Shown here piece after piece: positions 1 through 8,651 of a DNA stretch of 41,265 nucleotides (the stretch's first letter is position 1; the number at the start of each line of letters is the position of its first letter). The notes beneath the pieces were generated by a model that had not been told where the DNA came from, searched no databases, and was given only the letters and a program-made list of their open reading frames with translations. Both the position numbers and the translations under genes were made by a program. This stretch comes from Phycisphaerales bacterium (GTDB lineage: Bacteria > Pseudomonadota > Gammaproteobacteria > Competibacterales > Competibacteraceae): contig JACSSB010000220.1 in assembly GCA_014879435.1 (NCBI GenBank), positions 1-41,265 of the forward strand. The letters run 5' to 3'.

Positions 1-1
1 G

Positions 2-718
2 GCCATGCGCCATCAGCACTCGGCCGACACGGGGTATATTGTTGCGTGGGTCGAAGGCGTACCAGCGACCACCCAAATAAGCCTCAAACCAAGCGCTGAA
101 ATCCATCGGACCCGTTACCGGCACCCCAATGTCACCGAGATATCCGGTGCAATACCGAGCCGGAATATTCAGGCAGCGACACAACGCGATAGCCAAGTGG
201 GTGAAGTCGCGACAGACGCCAACCCGCTCCTGGTAGGTTTCGTAGGCAGTGCGCGTCTTGCTGGCCTGCATGTAGTCAAACTTAATGTGGTGATGCACGA
301 AATCGCAGATCGCCTGTACCCGCGCCCAGCCTTTTGGCACGGCACTAAACAGTTGCCAAGCCAGATCGACCATTCGATCGACCTCGCAATAGCGACTTGG
401 CATCAGAAAGGTGAGCGTCTCATTCGGCAAGTCATGGATTTCGTGCTGCTTGGCAGCGGGATTTTGGCAATCGGGCTGGCCACTGTCCTCAACCACCGCG
501 TCGTTCCAAAATCGGATCGGTCCGGCGGGTGCCACCAAGCGACCGCAATGATTCCCAAAAATATCGGTGTATTCGCCGACCGACATCAGTGGCTCGACCA
601 GCAAGTAATCGCCGCGCCGGATCGAAGGTTTGCGCGTGGGATGCAGGTAGAGCATCGTAATGATCGGCGTCGGTGCCGGATGTTCAAAAATAATGTCATA
701 TCCAACTCGGATCAACAT
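2..718 (-). CDS. Transglutaminase-like (papain-fold) family protein, 3' end runs off window
   Basis: Own translation of the minus strand from ATG at 718: [27 protein letters not shown]...[11 protein letters not shown]...[30 protein letters not shown]...[23 protein letters not shown]. The frame stays open to the window edge, so it is absent from the ORF track. Confidence 0.9.
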   Translation of the reverse strand, partial: [239 protein letters not shown]

Positions 719-1000
719 AAGATCGGAATCCCTCAGTGTGGAAATCGGTGGGTACTTTGCAGGTCTGAATATGGGTGATCCAAGCGGTAAACCATTGCTT
801 GAAGAGTGTAAGTCCATTATCGGGCGGAGGGTCATCGCCCGTTTGGGTTCCTTTCTGGCGACTATCTTTTGGGTTTTTGGAGAAGGCTTGGGAGGGGTGA
901 AGCACCTCTCCCAATTGACGTATTGCGAGTGGAGCGAACTCTAGATTGAGGGAAGGCTGATGGGGTGTTTTAATCCCCGTTTTGCTGCATTACGGCAAAG

Positions 1001-2107
1001 TTAGACAATCGATTGCCGTATTCGTCTGCCCGCCACTTCGAGTTCAAACCAAGTCGAACGCTGAGGTAAGTCAAAAATCACCTTAGCCGGCAAACCGTCA
1101 GTAAAATTCCGGATGACTTGCCCATCCGAGTCATAAATGCGGGCGGTGGGAGCGATGATTTGATTTTCGCTCACCACTTCGGCAAAAATTTCTTTTAAGT
1201 CACGCATTTCATTGGCGATCTTGTGATCCCAGATATCTACATCCGTTCCTGAATCTAAATCATCAAGTTCTTCCATTTGCTTTTCGTCGATCTCTTCACC
1301 TAAGCCGATCAATACACATTTGAGCGGATTACGGTGTCCTTGCGCGATCTCTCGACAAAGATCGATGGTATAGCGCTTGACCGCTTCCAGATCGTCAAGG
1401 CGACCGTCAGTGATGAAGAGATACATACCACGTTTAGCATCTCGAAAGCGTTCGGCAAAATAACGCACGGCGGGTGTCAAATGAGTAGTGTTACCGAATC
1501 CTAGACTGCTAGGACCGCTAAAAACAGCTTGCTGGCAATCTTTTCCCGTGAGGTCACCAACGATTTCAACTCGGGTGCCATCACCGCATGCCCAGTAAAT
1601 AACTGTAGTACCGCCATCAGCATCGAGATTATCAGCCAGATAAGCCGTGAAAGTGCGCGCCTGGGGTTCCGCTTCATTCTGGGTGTATATAAAGTGGCCG
1701 CGCTCCAAAGCATCTTGCACAGCGGACATAGAATATATGATGTAACTACCGCCATCCTGTTTGGTTTTAGTAACCCAGCTTTGAGATTCATATTGCTTTT
1801 GAAGCGCTTCCGGTAAGGGCCCCTTTGGTCCGGTCAATAGTAATCGGCCGAATACTCCTTGCATGGAGGCACTGGCGTCCAATGCCACACCGGTTTGCCA
1901 ACCCTCCGCTTCTGTGCCGGTGGGTTCCATCAAGATGGTGAAGAGAATTCGGTTCTGATCACCAACCGATTGCACATCCACTTCGCCAAATTCCGGGGCG
2001 ACTTGTTGGCTGGGTAGTTGTCGGTTCCTACCGATAGCGGGCTGTGAGACAGTTGGATTTGAGGTTGATGGCGATTTGTTGCCGAATAATTTATTCCATA
2101 GCGACAT
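1001..2107 (-). CDS. vWA (MIDAS) domain protein, paralog C (368 aa)
   Basis: Motifs ALDASASM (DxSxS), THLTPA, FITDG, KCVLIGLG. Start reassigned to ATG 2107 (MSLWNKLFG) with AGGA RBS, because the longer ORF overlaps the upstream gene. Confidence 0.88.
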   Translation of the reverse strand: MSLWNKLFGNKSPSTSNPTVSQPAIGRNRQLPSQQVAPEFGEVDVQSVGDQNRILFTILMEPTGTEAEGWQTGVALDASASMQGVFGRLLLTGPKGPLPEALQKQYESQSWVTKTKQDGGSYIIYSMSAVQDALERGHFIYTQNEAEPQARTFTAYLADNLDADGGTTVIYWACGDGTRVEIVGDLTGKDCQQAVFSGPSSLGFGNTTHLTPAVRYFAERFRDAKRGMYLFITDGRLDDLEAVKRYTIDLCREIAQGHRNPLKCVLIGLGEEIDEKQMEELDDLDSGTDVDIWDHKIANEMRDLKEIFAEVVSENQIIAPTARIYDSDGQVIRNFTDGLPAKVIFDLPQRSTWFELEVAGRRIRQSIV

Positions 2108-2123
2108 GGCAATATTCCTGCGC

Positions 2124-3152
2124 TCAGGGATGAAGCGACAATGATTGGCGGATACGTCGCCCCAATACCTCCAGTTCAAAGGCTGTACAGCCTGGGGGTA
2201 GTTCAAATTGAAGACGGGCGGGCACACCGTCGGTATATCTCTTGATGACGGCACCTTGATGGTCATACACGGTTGCGGTGGGCGCGACTGTTTGGTATTC
2301 GCTGACCACTTCGGCAAAGATGTCACGTAAAGAGCGTATTTCTCCAGCGTATTTACAATCCCATACGTCAACCGTCGTACCTGTGTCTAGCGCATCCAGG
2401 GCCTCCATCTGGGTGGAATCAATTTGATTGCCCAGGCCAATGAGGACGGCTTTGAGCGGATGGCGTTGACCCGCTTCAATCGCTTGGGCAAGTTGGGTGG
2501 AATAGCGGGTAACGGCCTCGAAATCATCGATCCGCCCATCGGTGATAAATAGATACATGCCGCGCCGTGCAGTGGTGAAGCGATCCGCGAAGTAGCGCAA
2601 GGCAGGCAGCAGGTGGGTTTGAATGCCGAAGGTGGTTTGGATCGGGCCGTGAATTGCGGTCTGAACGGCACGATCTTCGCTGATATCACCCAATACTTCG
2701 ATGGCTTCCCCCGATCCGCAAGCCCAGTAGATCACCGTCGTTTCACCGTGCGCATCAAGGTTGTCGGCCAGATAGGCGATCCACTCCTGCGCGCAAGGTT
2801 CTACGGTGTTTGGAGTGAATTTCAGGTGGCCACGAGCGATAGCGTCATCGTAGGCCGCACGCTGAAAGACACGCAATGGGCGACCATCGGCTCGCCGTTC
2901 TTCCACCCAACCCTTGGCGATATACTCCTGAAGTAGCGGTGGCGGCACCTTACCCAACAAGCGGCGACCGTAGGCGTCCTGCATCGAAGAACTGGCATCC
3001 AGAGCGATTCCGGTACGCCAACCCTCCGCTTCTCGACCCTGCGGTTCGCTGAGAATGGTGATTTCCACCTTTAGGCCGGTTTGATTGGGCCAGAGGGTCA
3101 CCTTGCCAAATTCCGGTGCGGTGCGGCCAACCGGAATCACAATGGGTTTCAT
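2124..3152 (-). CDS. vWA (MIDAS) domain protein, paralog B (342 aa)
   Basis: Motifs ALDASSSM, THLLPA, FITDG, KAVLIGLG; GGAG RBS; clearly homologous to 1001..2107 along its length. Confidence 0.9.
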   Translation of the reverse strand: MKPIVIPVGRTAPEFGKVTLWPNQTGLKVEITILSEPQGREAEGWRTGIALDASSSMQDAYGRRLLGKVPPPLLQEYIAKGWVEERRADGRPLRVFQRAAYDDAIARGHLKFTPNTVEPCAQEWIAYLADNLDAHGETTVIYWACGSGEAIEVLGDISEDRAVQTAIHGPIQTTFGIQTHLLPALRYFADRFTTARRGMYLFITDGRIDDFEAVTRYSTQLAQAIEAGQRHPLKAVLIGLGNQIDSTQMEALDALDTGTTVDVWDCKYAGEIRSLRDIFAEVVSEYQTVAPTATVYDHQGAVIKRYTDGVPARLQFELPPGCTAFELEVLGRRIRQSLSLHP

Positions 3153-3192
3153 GCGGGGCTACTCCATCGCCAAATGGCGTCGGGGAATGCGG

Positions 3193-4107
3193 CTAAATCG
3201 CCTCGGAAAGATCCTGCTCGACGCTACCATTAGGCGTGCGGATCACAAGGATGCTTTGCCCCTTGGGGAGGATGACCCGAAACTTACCGGGTAAGCCATC
3301 GGACCAAGACGCCAGCACTTTGCCGGAACCGTCTTCGACACTGCCTGATGGAGCAATGGTGACCTCTTCATCCATCAATTCGCCGTAAAGCACCGCCAGG
3401 ATGTCGGCCTCCTCCTGCATCGAAGCCACCATGCCATGCGACCAAAGATCGTAGTCAATACCGCTGCCCTCGAACATGTCGTCGAAGCGTTCCAATTGAT
3501 CTTCATCCACATCCTGACCGATGCCGATCAGCACCAGTTTGATAGGCTTGCGCTTGCCATCGGCGATTGCCTTGCCCACGCTTAAGCAGTAGTTGAGACA
3601 ATCCTGCTCATCTTCGATGATGCCGTCGGTAACGATAACACCCATGGTCCAGTCCGCATCTTTGGCAATCTGTTCCACGCCGTACTGGATGGCCGGCAGC
3701 AGTTTGGTGCCGCGCCCCCATTTCTCACGTTTCGGGCCGCTGATGGTGGCCTTGAGCCAATCCGTATCACCCAATTCACCGATCATTTCGGTTTTGCTAC
3801 CGTCCGGGCTGACCGCCCAGTACAGCGCCGAGACTTTGCCGTTTTTGGTGACCGAGGTCAGGATTTCGCCCATCTTGCGGGCGACGGCTTGCACATAGTT
3901 GGGGGCGGTATCGAAGACGGTGGCGCCACCGTACATGGCTTTAAGAGAAGCAGAGGCATCCAACGCCAGGAATGCCTTGGAGTTACCTTCACCCACCAAC
4001 ACATCGGGGTCGGGCATGAAACAGATTACGACTTCGTGCGAGCCATCCTTGCGTGGCAACACGTTGACATCCGCTAAGGGGCGATTGGGTTTGCTAATCT
4101 TGGGCAC
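3193..4107 (-). CDS. vWA (MIDAS) domain protein, paralog A (304 aa)
   Basis: Motifs ALDASASL, TKLLPA, IVTDG, KLVLIGIG. Start reassigned to GTG 4107 with GAGGA RBS. Confidence 0.88.
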   Translation of the reverse strand: MPKISKPNRPLADVNVLPRKDGSHEVVICFMPDPDVLVGEGNSKAFLALDASASLKAMYGGATVFDTAPNYVQAVARKMGEILTSVTKNGKVSALYWAVSPDGSKTEMIGELGDTDWLKATISGPKREKWGRGTKLLPAIQYGVEQIAKDADWTMGVIVTDGIIEDEQDCLNYCLSVGKAIADGKRKPIKLVLIGIGQDVDEDQLERFDDMFEGSGIDYDLWSHGMVASMQEEADILAVLYGELMDEEVTIAPSGSVEDGSGKVLASWSDGLPGKFRVILPKGQSILVIRTPNGSVEQDLSEAI

Positions 4108-4141
4108 GGTGAATTCCTCGGTAAGTGTCAGTAGGTAGCTG

Positions 4142-5473
4142 TTAGGGATCCCGAGTTTTGAAAGCCTCGCCAAAATCAACGGGTAACGATGTCGTGTGCC
4201 GTCGTTTTTTTGAAGCCAAGCTATCGTCTTCAGTCCAATCCGAAACAGTAGACGCCGCACCGGGTTGTGGCGATGTTTCTGGCGACGTTTGGGAATGCGT
4301 GTCGTCTTTACCTCCAAAAAGACCAGGAATGGCCGTACTGCTTTGGGAAGTGCGTGTCCCGATGGGGCGGTGGGATGTCATAGCTTGATTGGTCCAAATA
4401 TCCTGGGTGCTGATGCCATCCTCTTCAGGTTGAATCGGCGCAGGCGAGGCATCAATTAGAACGGGCTGAACATCCAGATTTTGTGATTGCGGGTTATCCA
4501 GAAAAAGCTCACTCAGGACAATTTTTGATATCGGCGGGTCGAGACCTTCCGGGACAACTGGTTTTGGAGTATCGCTCGCTGGCGTAAATAACCCGTTTGG
4601 CATCTGATCTCGCCGTAAACGCGGCACTTTATCTCTCGGGCGTGGCGTAGGCTTGGCTTTAGACACTGGTGACGCTTTCGGTACAGATAAGGTGCCAGTA
4701 CTGGACTCAGGCAGAGTGCTAGTTGTTGCTATTGGCTCAGATGGAACAGAGGTAGATGACGCATTTGCTTGGGCGGCGAGTGGGGAGAGTTTGACTGGTG
4801 GCGTCCAGATAGTCTGTCCCTGTCCCCGCAACGCGGCTGATGATTCATCGGCATAAGCCGTAACCGTGATTCGCCGCCGCAGCACTGGGGTACTAAGCGT
4901 CAAATGACCATCCAACAGAAAATCGCGTGGTAATGAATCGACGTGTATCTGAAGATCGTTGATCCCAATGCGCAACTCATTCGGTGTGATCTTTAAGCCC
5001 GAAATATGTGATTCGATCTGACAATCCACAGGAACATATAGGATGAACCGCCAATCGTGTGCCATATTCGGCGTGATGCCGCCCAGCGCCAAACTGTGCG
5101 GATAATGCCAGACACCTTCTTCTTGGGGCAGGCCGCACACCAGGCCACGCACTTCCACATTCTTCAGAGTCAAATGGCCACCGGGCGCAACGAGAATCGC
5201 ACATGCCACCACATCCAATGTTGATGCATCACCCGTGATCTCGATACGAAGATTTTGCAGGCATACAGCTGCTTTGACGGTCAACACTGGTCCCATGAGT
5301 GCCCACAGCGTCGCGCCGCATCCATCCAAAACCAGATTCTGCTCCAGAACCACCGGGCCGGGATATTCGCGCTGAGGTGCGAAGTTGACACTGGCTCCTG
5401 CCGATTGCGCATTCAATCGGGCTTGCAGCTCGTTTGCGCTGGCTTGGGGGGCTAACCAGATCGTTTCAGGCAT
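4142..5473 (-). CDS. Hypothetical protein: short beta-helix-like N-terminus, beta-sandwich-like middle, Pro/Ser/Thr-rich disordered C-terminal half
   Basis: 443 aa ORF with GAGG RBS, 9 bp after the kinase stop. YPGPVVLEQNLVLDGCGATL...LQNLRIE...LTLKNVEV resembles parallel beta-helix rungs (inference). Confidence 0.75.
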   Translation of the reverse strand: MPETIWLAPQASANELQARLNAQSAGASVNFAPQREYPGPVVLEQNLVLDGCGATLWALMGPVLTVKAAVCLQNLRIEITGDASTLDVVACAILVAPGGHLTLKNVEVRGLVCGLPQEEGVWHYPHSLALGGITPNMAHDWRFILYVPVDCQIESHISGLKITPNELRIGINDLQIHVDSLPRDFLLDGHLTLSTPVLRRRITVTAYADESSAALRGQGQTIWTPPVKLSPLAAQANASSTSVPSEPIATTSTLPESSTGTLSVPKASPVSKAKPTPRPRDKVPRLRRDQMPNGLFTPASDTPKPVVPEGLDPPISKIVLSELFLDNPQSQNLDVQPVLIDASPAPIQPEEDGISTQDIWTNQAMTSHRPIGTRTSQSSTAIPGLFGGKDDTHSQTSPETSPQPGAASTVSDWTEDDSLASKKRRHTTSLPVDFGEAFKTRDP

Positions 5474-5482
5474 GATTGAACC

Positions 5483-6937
5483 TCACACCTGAAGAAGCTG
5501 TACTTCCGCAATGCGGCCGTGCGCTTGCTGGGAAAGCCGGAATCGCGCTCCGTCTTTCAATTCTACCGCGCTGCCAATCGGTACTCGGTTACCACCGGGT
5601 GAGGTCAGTGAATCCATGGCCTGGTTGATCAGTAACCAGCGCCCTTCATGAAACACACAGTAGGCTTGCGGCGTTCGATCCGCTAGTTCGCCAGAATAGA
5701 GGTTATCGAAAACGTGCCATGGGAATAGAGACTGATTGTGAAAAGCGACAATTTGACCGTCGGGCAACCATTGCCCCGGCCGCCGTTCGGAGCGCAGTTT
5801 CAGCACGGGCAAAGTATTTATCGGATAGAACGTCTTGCAGAACGGACAACACACAGATCGGGGATCCGCTAGTACAAACATCTGGTGTGTGCAGACCGGA
5901 TTGGTGCAGGGAATCAACATATCCCAGGTTTTTGTCAGTCCACGCTCCCACTCCGCTGCCGCCGGTCGCTTATGTGGAGCGTGCAAGCCATCGACAAAAG
6001 CTCGCTTGATTAGGTCCGTAAGATCCTGCCCCAGTATCGTATACGGTATCTTTAAATCGCGGGGTTGGTTCGAAGAATCCGCAGGGTGTTCGACGAACAG
6101 CGCCTTGGAGCCCATTGCCAAATGCTCATCCTCTTCCGCCGAAGCAGTGGAATGTAGTTTTGGTCCCCGTAACGGATGGCGCAATAACAGATATTGGTAG
6201 ATCAACACTGCTAGGGCATGTTGATCGGTTGCGATGCTGGGTAGGTGGCGATTGGGATCGTTGATCGGTAAATGCTGAGTGCCGAGCACTTCGGGCGCGA
6301 TATAACCCGGTGAACCCATCATATCTGGTGGATATAAACCCGGTACTACCAGGGAATCGATGTCAATAATGACGCTGGTACCCTGCAAAGGGTCGATCAG
6401 CACGTTTTTCGAGGACAGGTCAGAGTGTGCCAAACCAGCTAGATGCAAACGGCGAACGGCGCGAGCCATGCAGATGCACAAGCTGAAATAACCTTTCCAG
6501 TTTCCTAGTTCAGACCCTGGCAATAGCTTGCGTGTCTTGGTTCCCAAAAACCAGCCACCTTCCTTCTCCTTGCCTTTGAACGGGCCATCGGCAAAGAAAT
6601 AATGCCCTGGATAGGTCGGAGCAACGATGCCAATATCGGGTTGCACTACAATGCCAGTCGGCCAACAAAACAGGCGCTTGAAATAATCCGCCGAGGTTTC
6701 ACTGGCCGCTGCACCGCCTTGGGCCTGAATGATCGTAGGATTGTATTTGCCTAAAATCGCTTCCAATCGCGACTTACGCTGCGGATCATGCGCGGCCGAT
6801 TGCTTGTGATAGAACTGCACTACATATGAACGATCTGGGCTGAAATAAGTCTTTTTCATTCCGCCCGCTGGTGGGTTATCTACCAGGACGTATTGAGCCT
6901 TGCGGCCATCGCTCAAAGTAGCATCAAGAACGGTCAT
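5483..6937 (-). CDS. Ser/Thr protein kinase (Ter-cluster/TerY-P type) with C-terminal Zn-ribbon and FHA-like domain
   Basis: HSDLSSKNVL catalytic loop, IIDIDS (DFG equivalent), GSPGYIAPE, CTNPVC...CPFC. ATGA overlap with the phosphatase stop. Confidence 0.9.
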   Translation of the reverse strand: MTVLDATLSDGRKAQYVLVDNPPAGGMKKTYFSPDRSYVVQFYHKQSAAHDPQRKSRLEAILGKYNPTIIQAQGGAAASETSADYFKRLFCWPTGIVVQPDIGIVAPTYPGHYFFADGPFKGKEKEGGWFLGTKTRKLLPGSELGNWKGYFSLCICMARAVRRLHLAGLAHSDLSSKNVLIDPLQGTSVIIDIDSLVVPGLYPPDMMGSPGYIAPEVLGTQHLPINDPNRHLPSIATDQHALAVLIYQYLLLRHPLRGPKLHSTASAEEDEHLAMGSKALFVEHPADSSNQPRDLKIPYTILGQDLTDLIKRAFVDGLHAPHKRPAAAEWERGLTKTWDMLIPCTNPVCTHQMFVLADPRSVCCPFCKTFYPINTLPVLKLRSERRPGQWLPDGQIVAFHNQSLFPWHVFDNLYSGELADRTPQAYCVFHEGRWLLINQAMDSLTSPGGNRVPIGSAVELKDGARFRLSQQAHGRIAEVQLLQV

Positions 6938-8556
6938 AGCAGGGACTCCCGTTCGGCAATCACCAGGGTGCGATCATCAAATGATCCTCGAACCTGATAG
7001 GCATCCAACCAGGTGAGTAGGCGCTCGGCTGCATCATCACCAGGCAGTGAGTCCAGTCGGCAACCTCGTAGTAACAAAGCAGGGTCCGCAATCACCTGCT
7101 GGATCGGAACACCCAAATACTCGGCATAGCGTGCGACAGCATACAGCATCAACGGTTGTCGGCCCTCTGCCGTAAGCTGTTCGCCTGCAACGGCCAAGGC
7201 CTCAACGGGGAATGGGGTCGCATCAGCCGATGTGGTTTCTATCTCGAAACCAGTACCAGACGACAACGCAATCAAACCGTTTAGAGCCAGATCGCCGAAC
7301 AATCGCGCTAGGCCCGGATCATTGGGAAAATAGTCATCGGCTACACCATCACTCATCACTAGGAAGGCACGGCGCGGCCGACCGATAAACACACGGAGCC
7401 GACGATTCAACCGTACCGACTCCACTGCTCGTGCGCTGAGAAATTCCGTTTCGCCAGAAAACTGCCCGTGATCTGCCTCCATCATCAGACTCACTTTGCC
7501 GTCCCAAGACACCGCTCCGATCACTCCATCGCCAATAGCAATCGATAGAGCGAGATCGTAGGGGTTGCCGGTTTCATCCTGGACACTGGTTTGCACCATG
7601 AGCAGCAAGGTGGTCGCTAGGTCATTCACCTCAATGTCACGACCACCCAGCGCATATTGGTGACGTTCGCTCCCACGGCGCACGGCGGCGGCTTCCTGAA
7701 TTTTTTGAAAGGCAGTTTGCACCGCTTGCCGCATGGCATCCCCAACGAGATGCAGATCGGTTTGTACAAAGGCATCTTGCGCATCCCGTGCAAATACGGT
7801 GGTGGTATCGGTCCAGCGGCGTGGTGCCAGCCGCACCTCACCTAACGCGGTGCGAAGAGTGGCCACCGCTATTTCGCAGGCGGTCTTGGCACCAATGCGG
7901 GAGAACTGCTTTGAACCGGCACCGTCGGCAACGGCGATCAGATTCCACACTCCACAGGTGGCAATCTCGAACCAGTCATCGCAGTTCGTACCTCCATGCT
8001 TATGCTTCTTGCCCCGCATTCGTGCAGCGATCAAGCGTATGCCATGTTCTCCTGACAACAGGCGACAAGCGTACTCCGGGTACGGATCCGGTATTTTTTC
8101 TTCGGAAGGAACCGGGTGGTACTGCCAGAGTGCCGCTGCTGGCGCGACGGGAGGCAAGGTACTGGTTGCGGTTTCTGTGGGGGTAGCGTGCTCCTCAACA
8201 GGTGAGGCTGGTTGATTCTCGACTGATGTGAACTCATGCGGCGGACAGAGAGTTTCTGCGACTGGAGGTTGCGCGCTGCTTGCAGTGCTGCTGTCTATCT
8301 GTTGCGCCATAAGGTCGGACTGTGAATCGCAGTCCTCGCCCAAAGCGATGCTCACCGCCGTTGGGGCTTCCTCAATATTTTCCAAATTTTCCAAGGAAAT
8401 ACTGGGTATGGGGCATTCGGCGATGGCGATAGGAAGCAGCGCAGTAGCTTCCAGTTCTGCGGTTGAAAGCTGCACATCTGGAACCGTCACTTCAGGAACA
8501 GTGATAGTCGCAGTGAAATCCGCAGGTTGGGCCTGTTCTTCAACCGCCATGATCAT
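6934..8556 (-). CDS. PP2C-family (TerY-associated) Ser/Thr phosphatase with acidic disordered N-terminus
   Basis: Motifs RGKKH...NCDD, VADGAGS, IGDG, MSDGVADD, FDDRT. Start uncertain (8577 GTG, 8556 ATG or 8550 ATG). Confidence 0.9.
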   Translation of the reverse strand: MIMAVEEQAQPADFTATITVPEVTVPDVQLSTAELEATALLPIAIAECPIPSISLENLENIEEAPTAVSIALGEDCDSQSDLMAQQIDSSTASSAQPPVAETLCPPHEFTSVENQPASPVEEHATPTETATSTLPPVAPAAALWQYHPVPSEEKIPDPYPEYACRLLSGEHGIRLIAARMRGKKHKHGGTNCDDWFEIATCGVWNLIAVADGAGSKQFSRIGAKTACEIAVATLRTALGEVRLAPRRWTDTTTVFARDAQDAFVQTDLHLVGDAMRQAVQTAFQKIQEAAAVRRGSERHQYALGGRDIEVNDLATTLLLMVQTSVQDETGNPYDLALSIAIGDGVIGAVSWDGKVSLMMEADHGQFSGETEFLSARAVESVRLNRRLRVFIGRPRRAFLVMSDGVADDYFPNDPGLARLFGDLALNGLIALSSGTGFEIETTSADATPFPVEALAVAGEQLTAEGRQPLMLYAVARYAEYLGVPIQQVIADPALLLRGCRLDSLPGDDAAERLLTWLDAYQVRGSFDDRTLVIAERESLL

Positions 8557-8651
8557 TCTCGTCTGGGCACGAAACACTCAAAAATAAGGAGCTTGGCTCC
8601 ACCCGATCAATACGTGCCACGGGGATATATCGTCGGTTACCGAGGTGCGTA

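Noticed and set aside
5-778. 257-aa plus-strand ORF
   Set aside because: Antisense shadow of the minus-strand transglutaminase-like gene; no recognisable motifs.
2108-2371. N-terminal extensions in the ORF track (also 4108-4317, 14557-14676, 18986-19120, 25682-25954, 30753-30827)
   Set aside because: Most overlap upstream genes, and better starts with RBS lie downstream.
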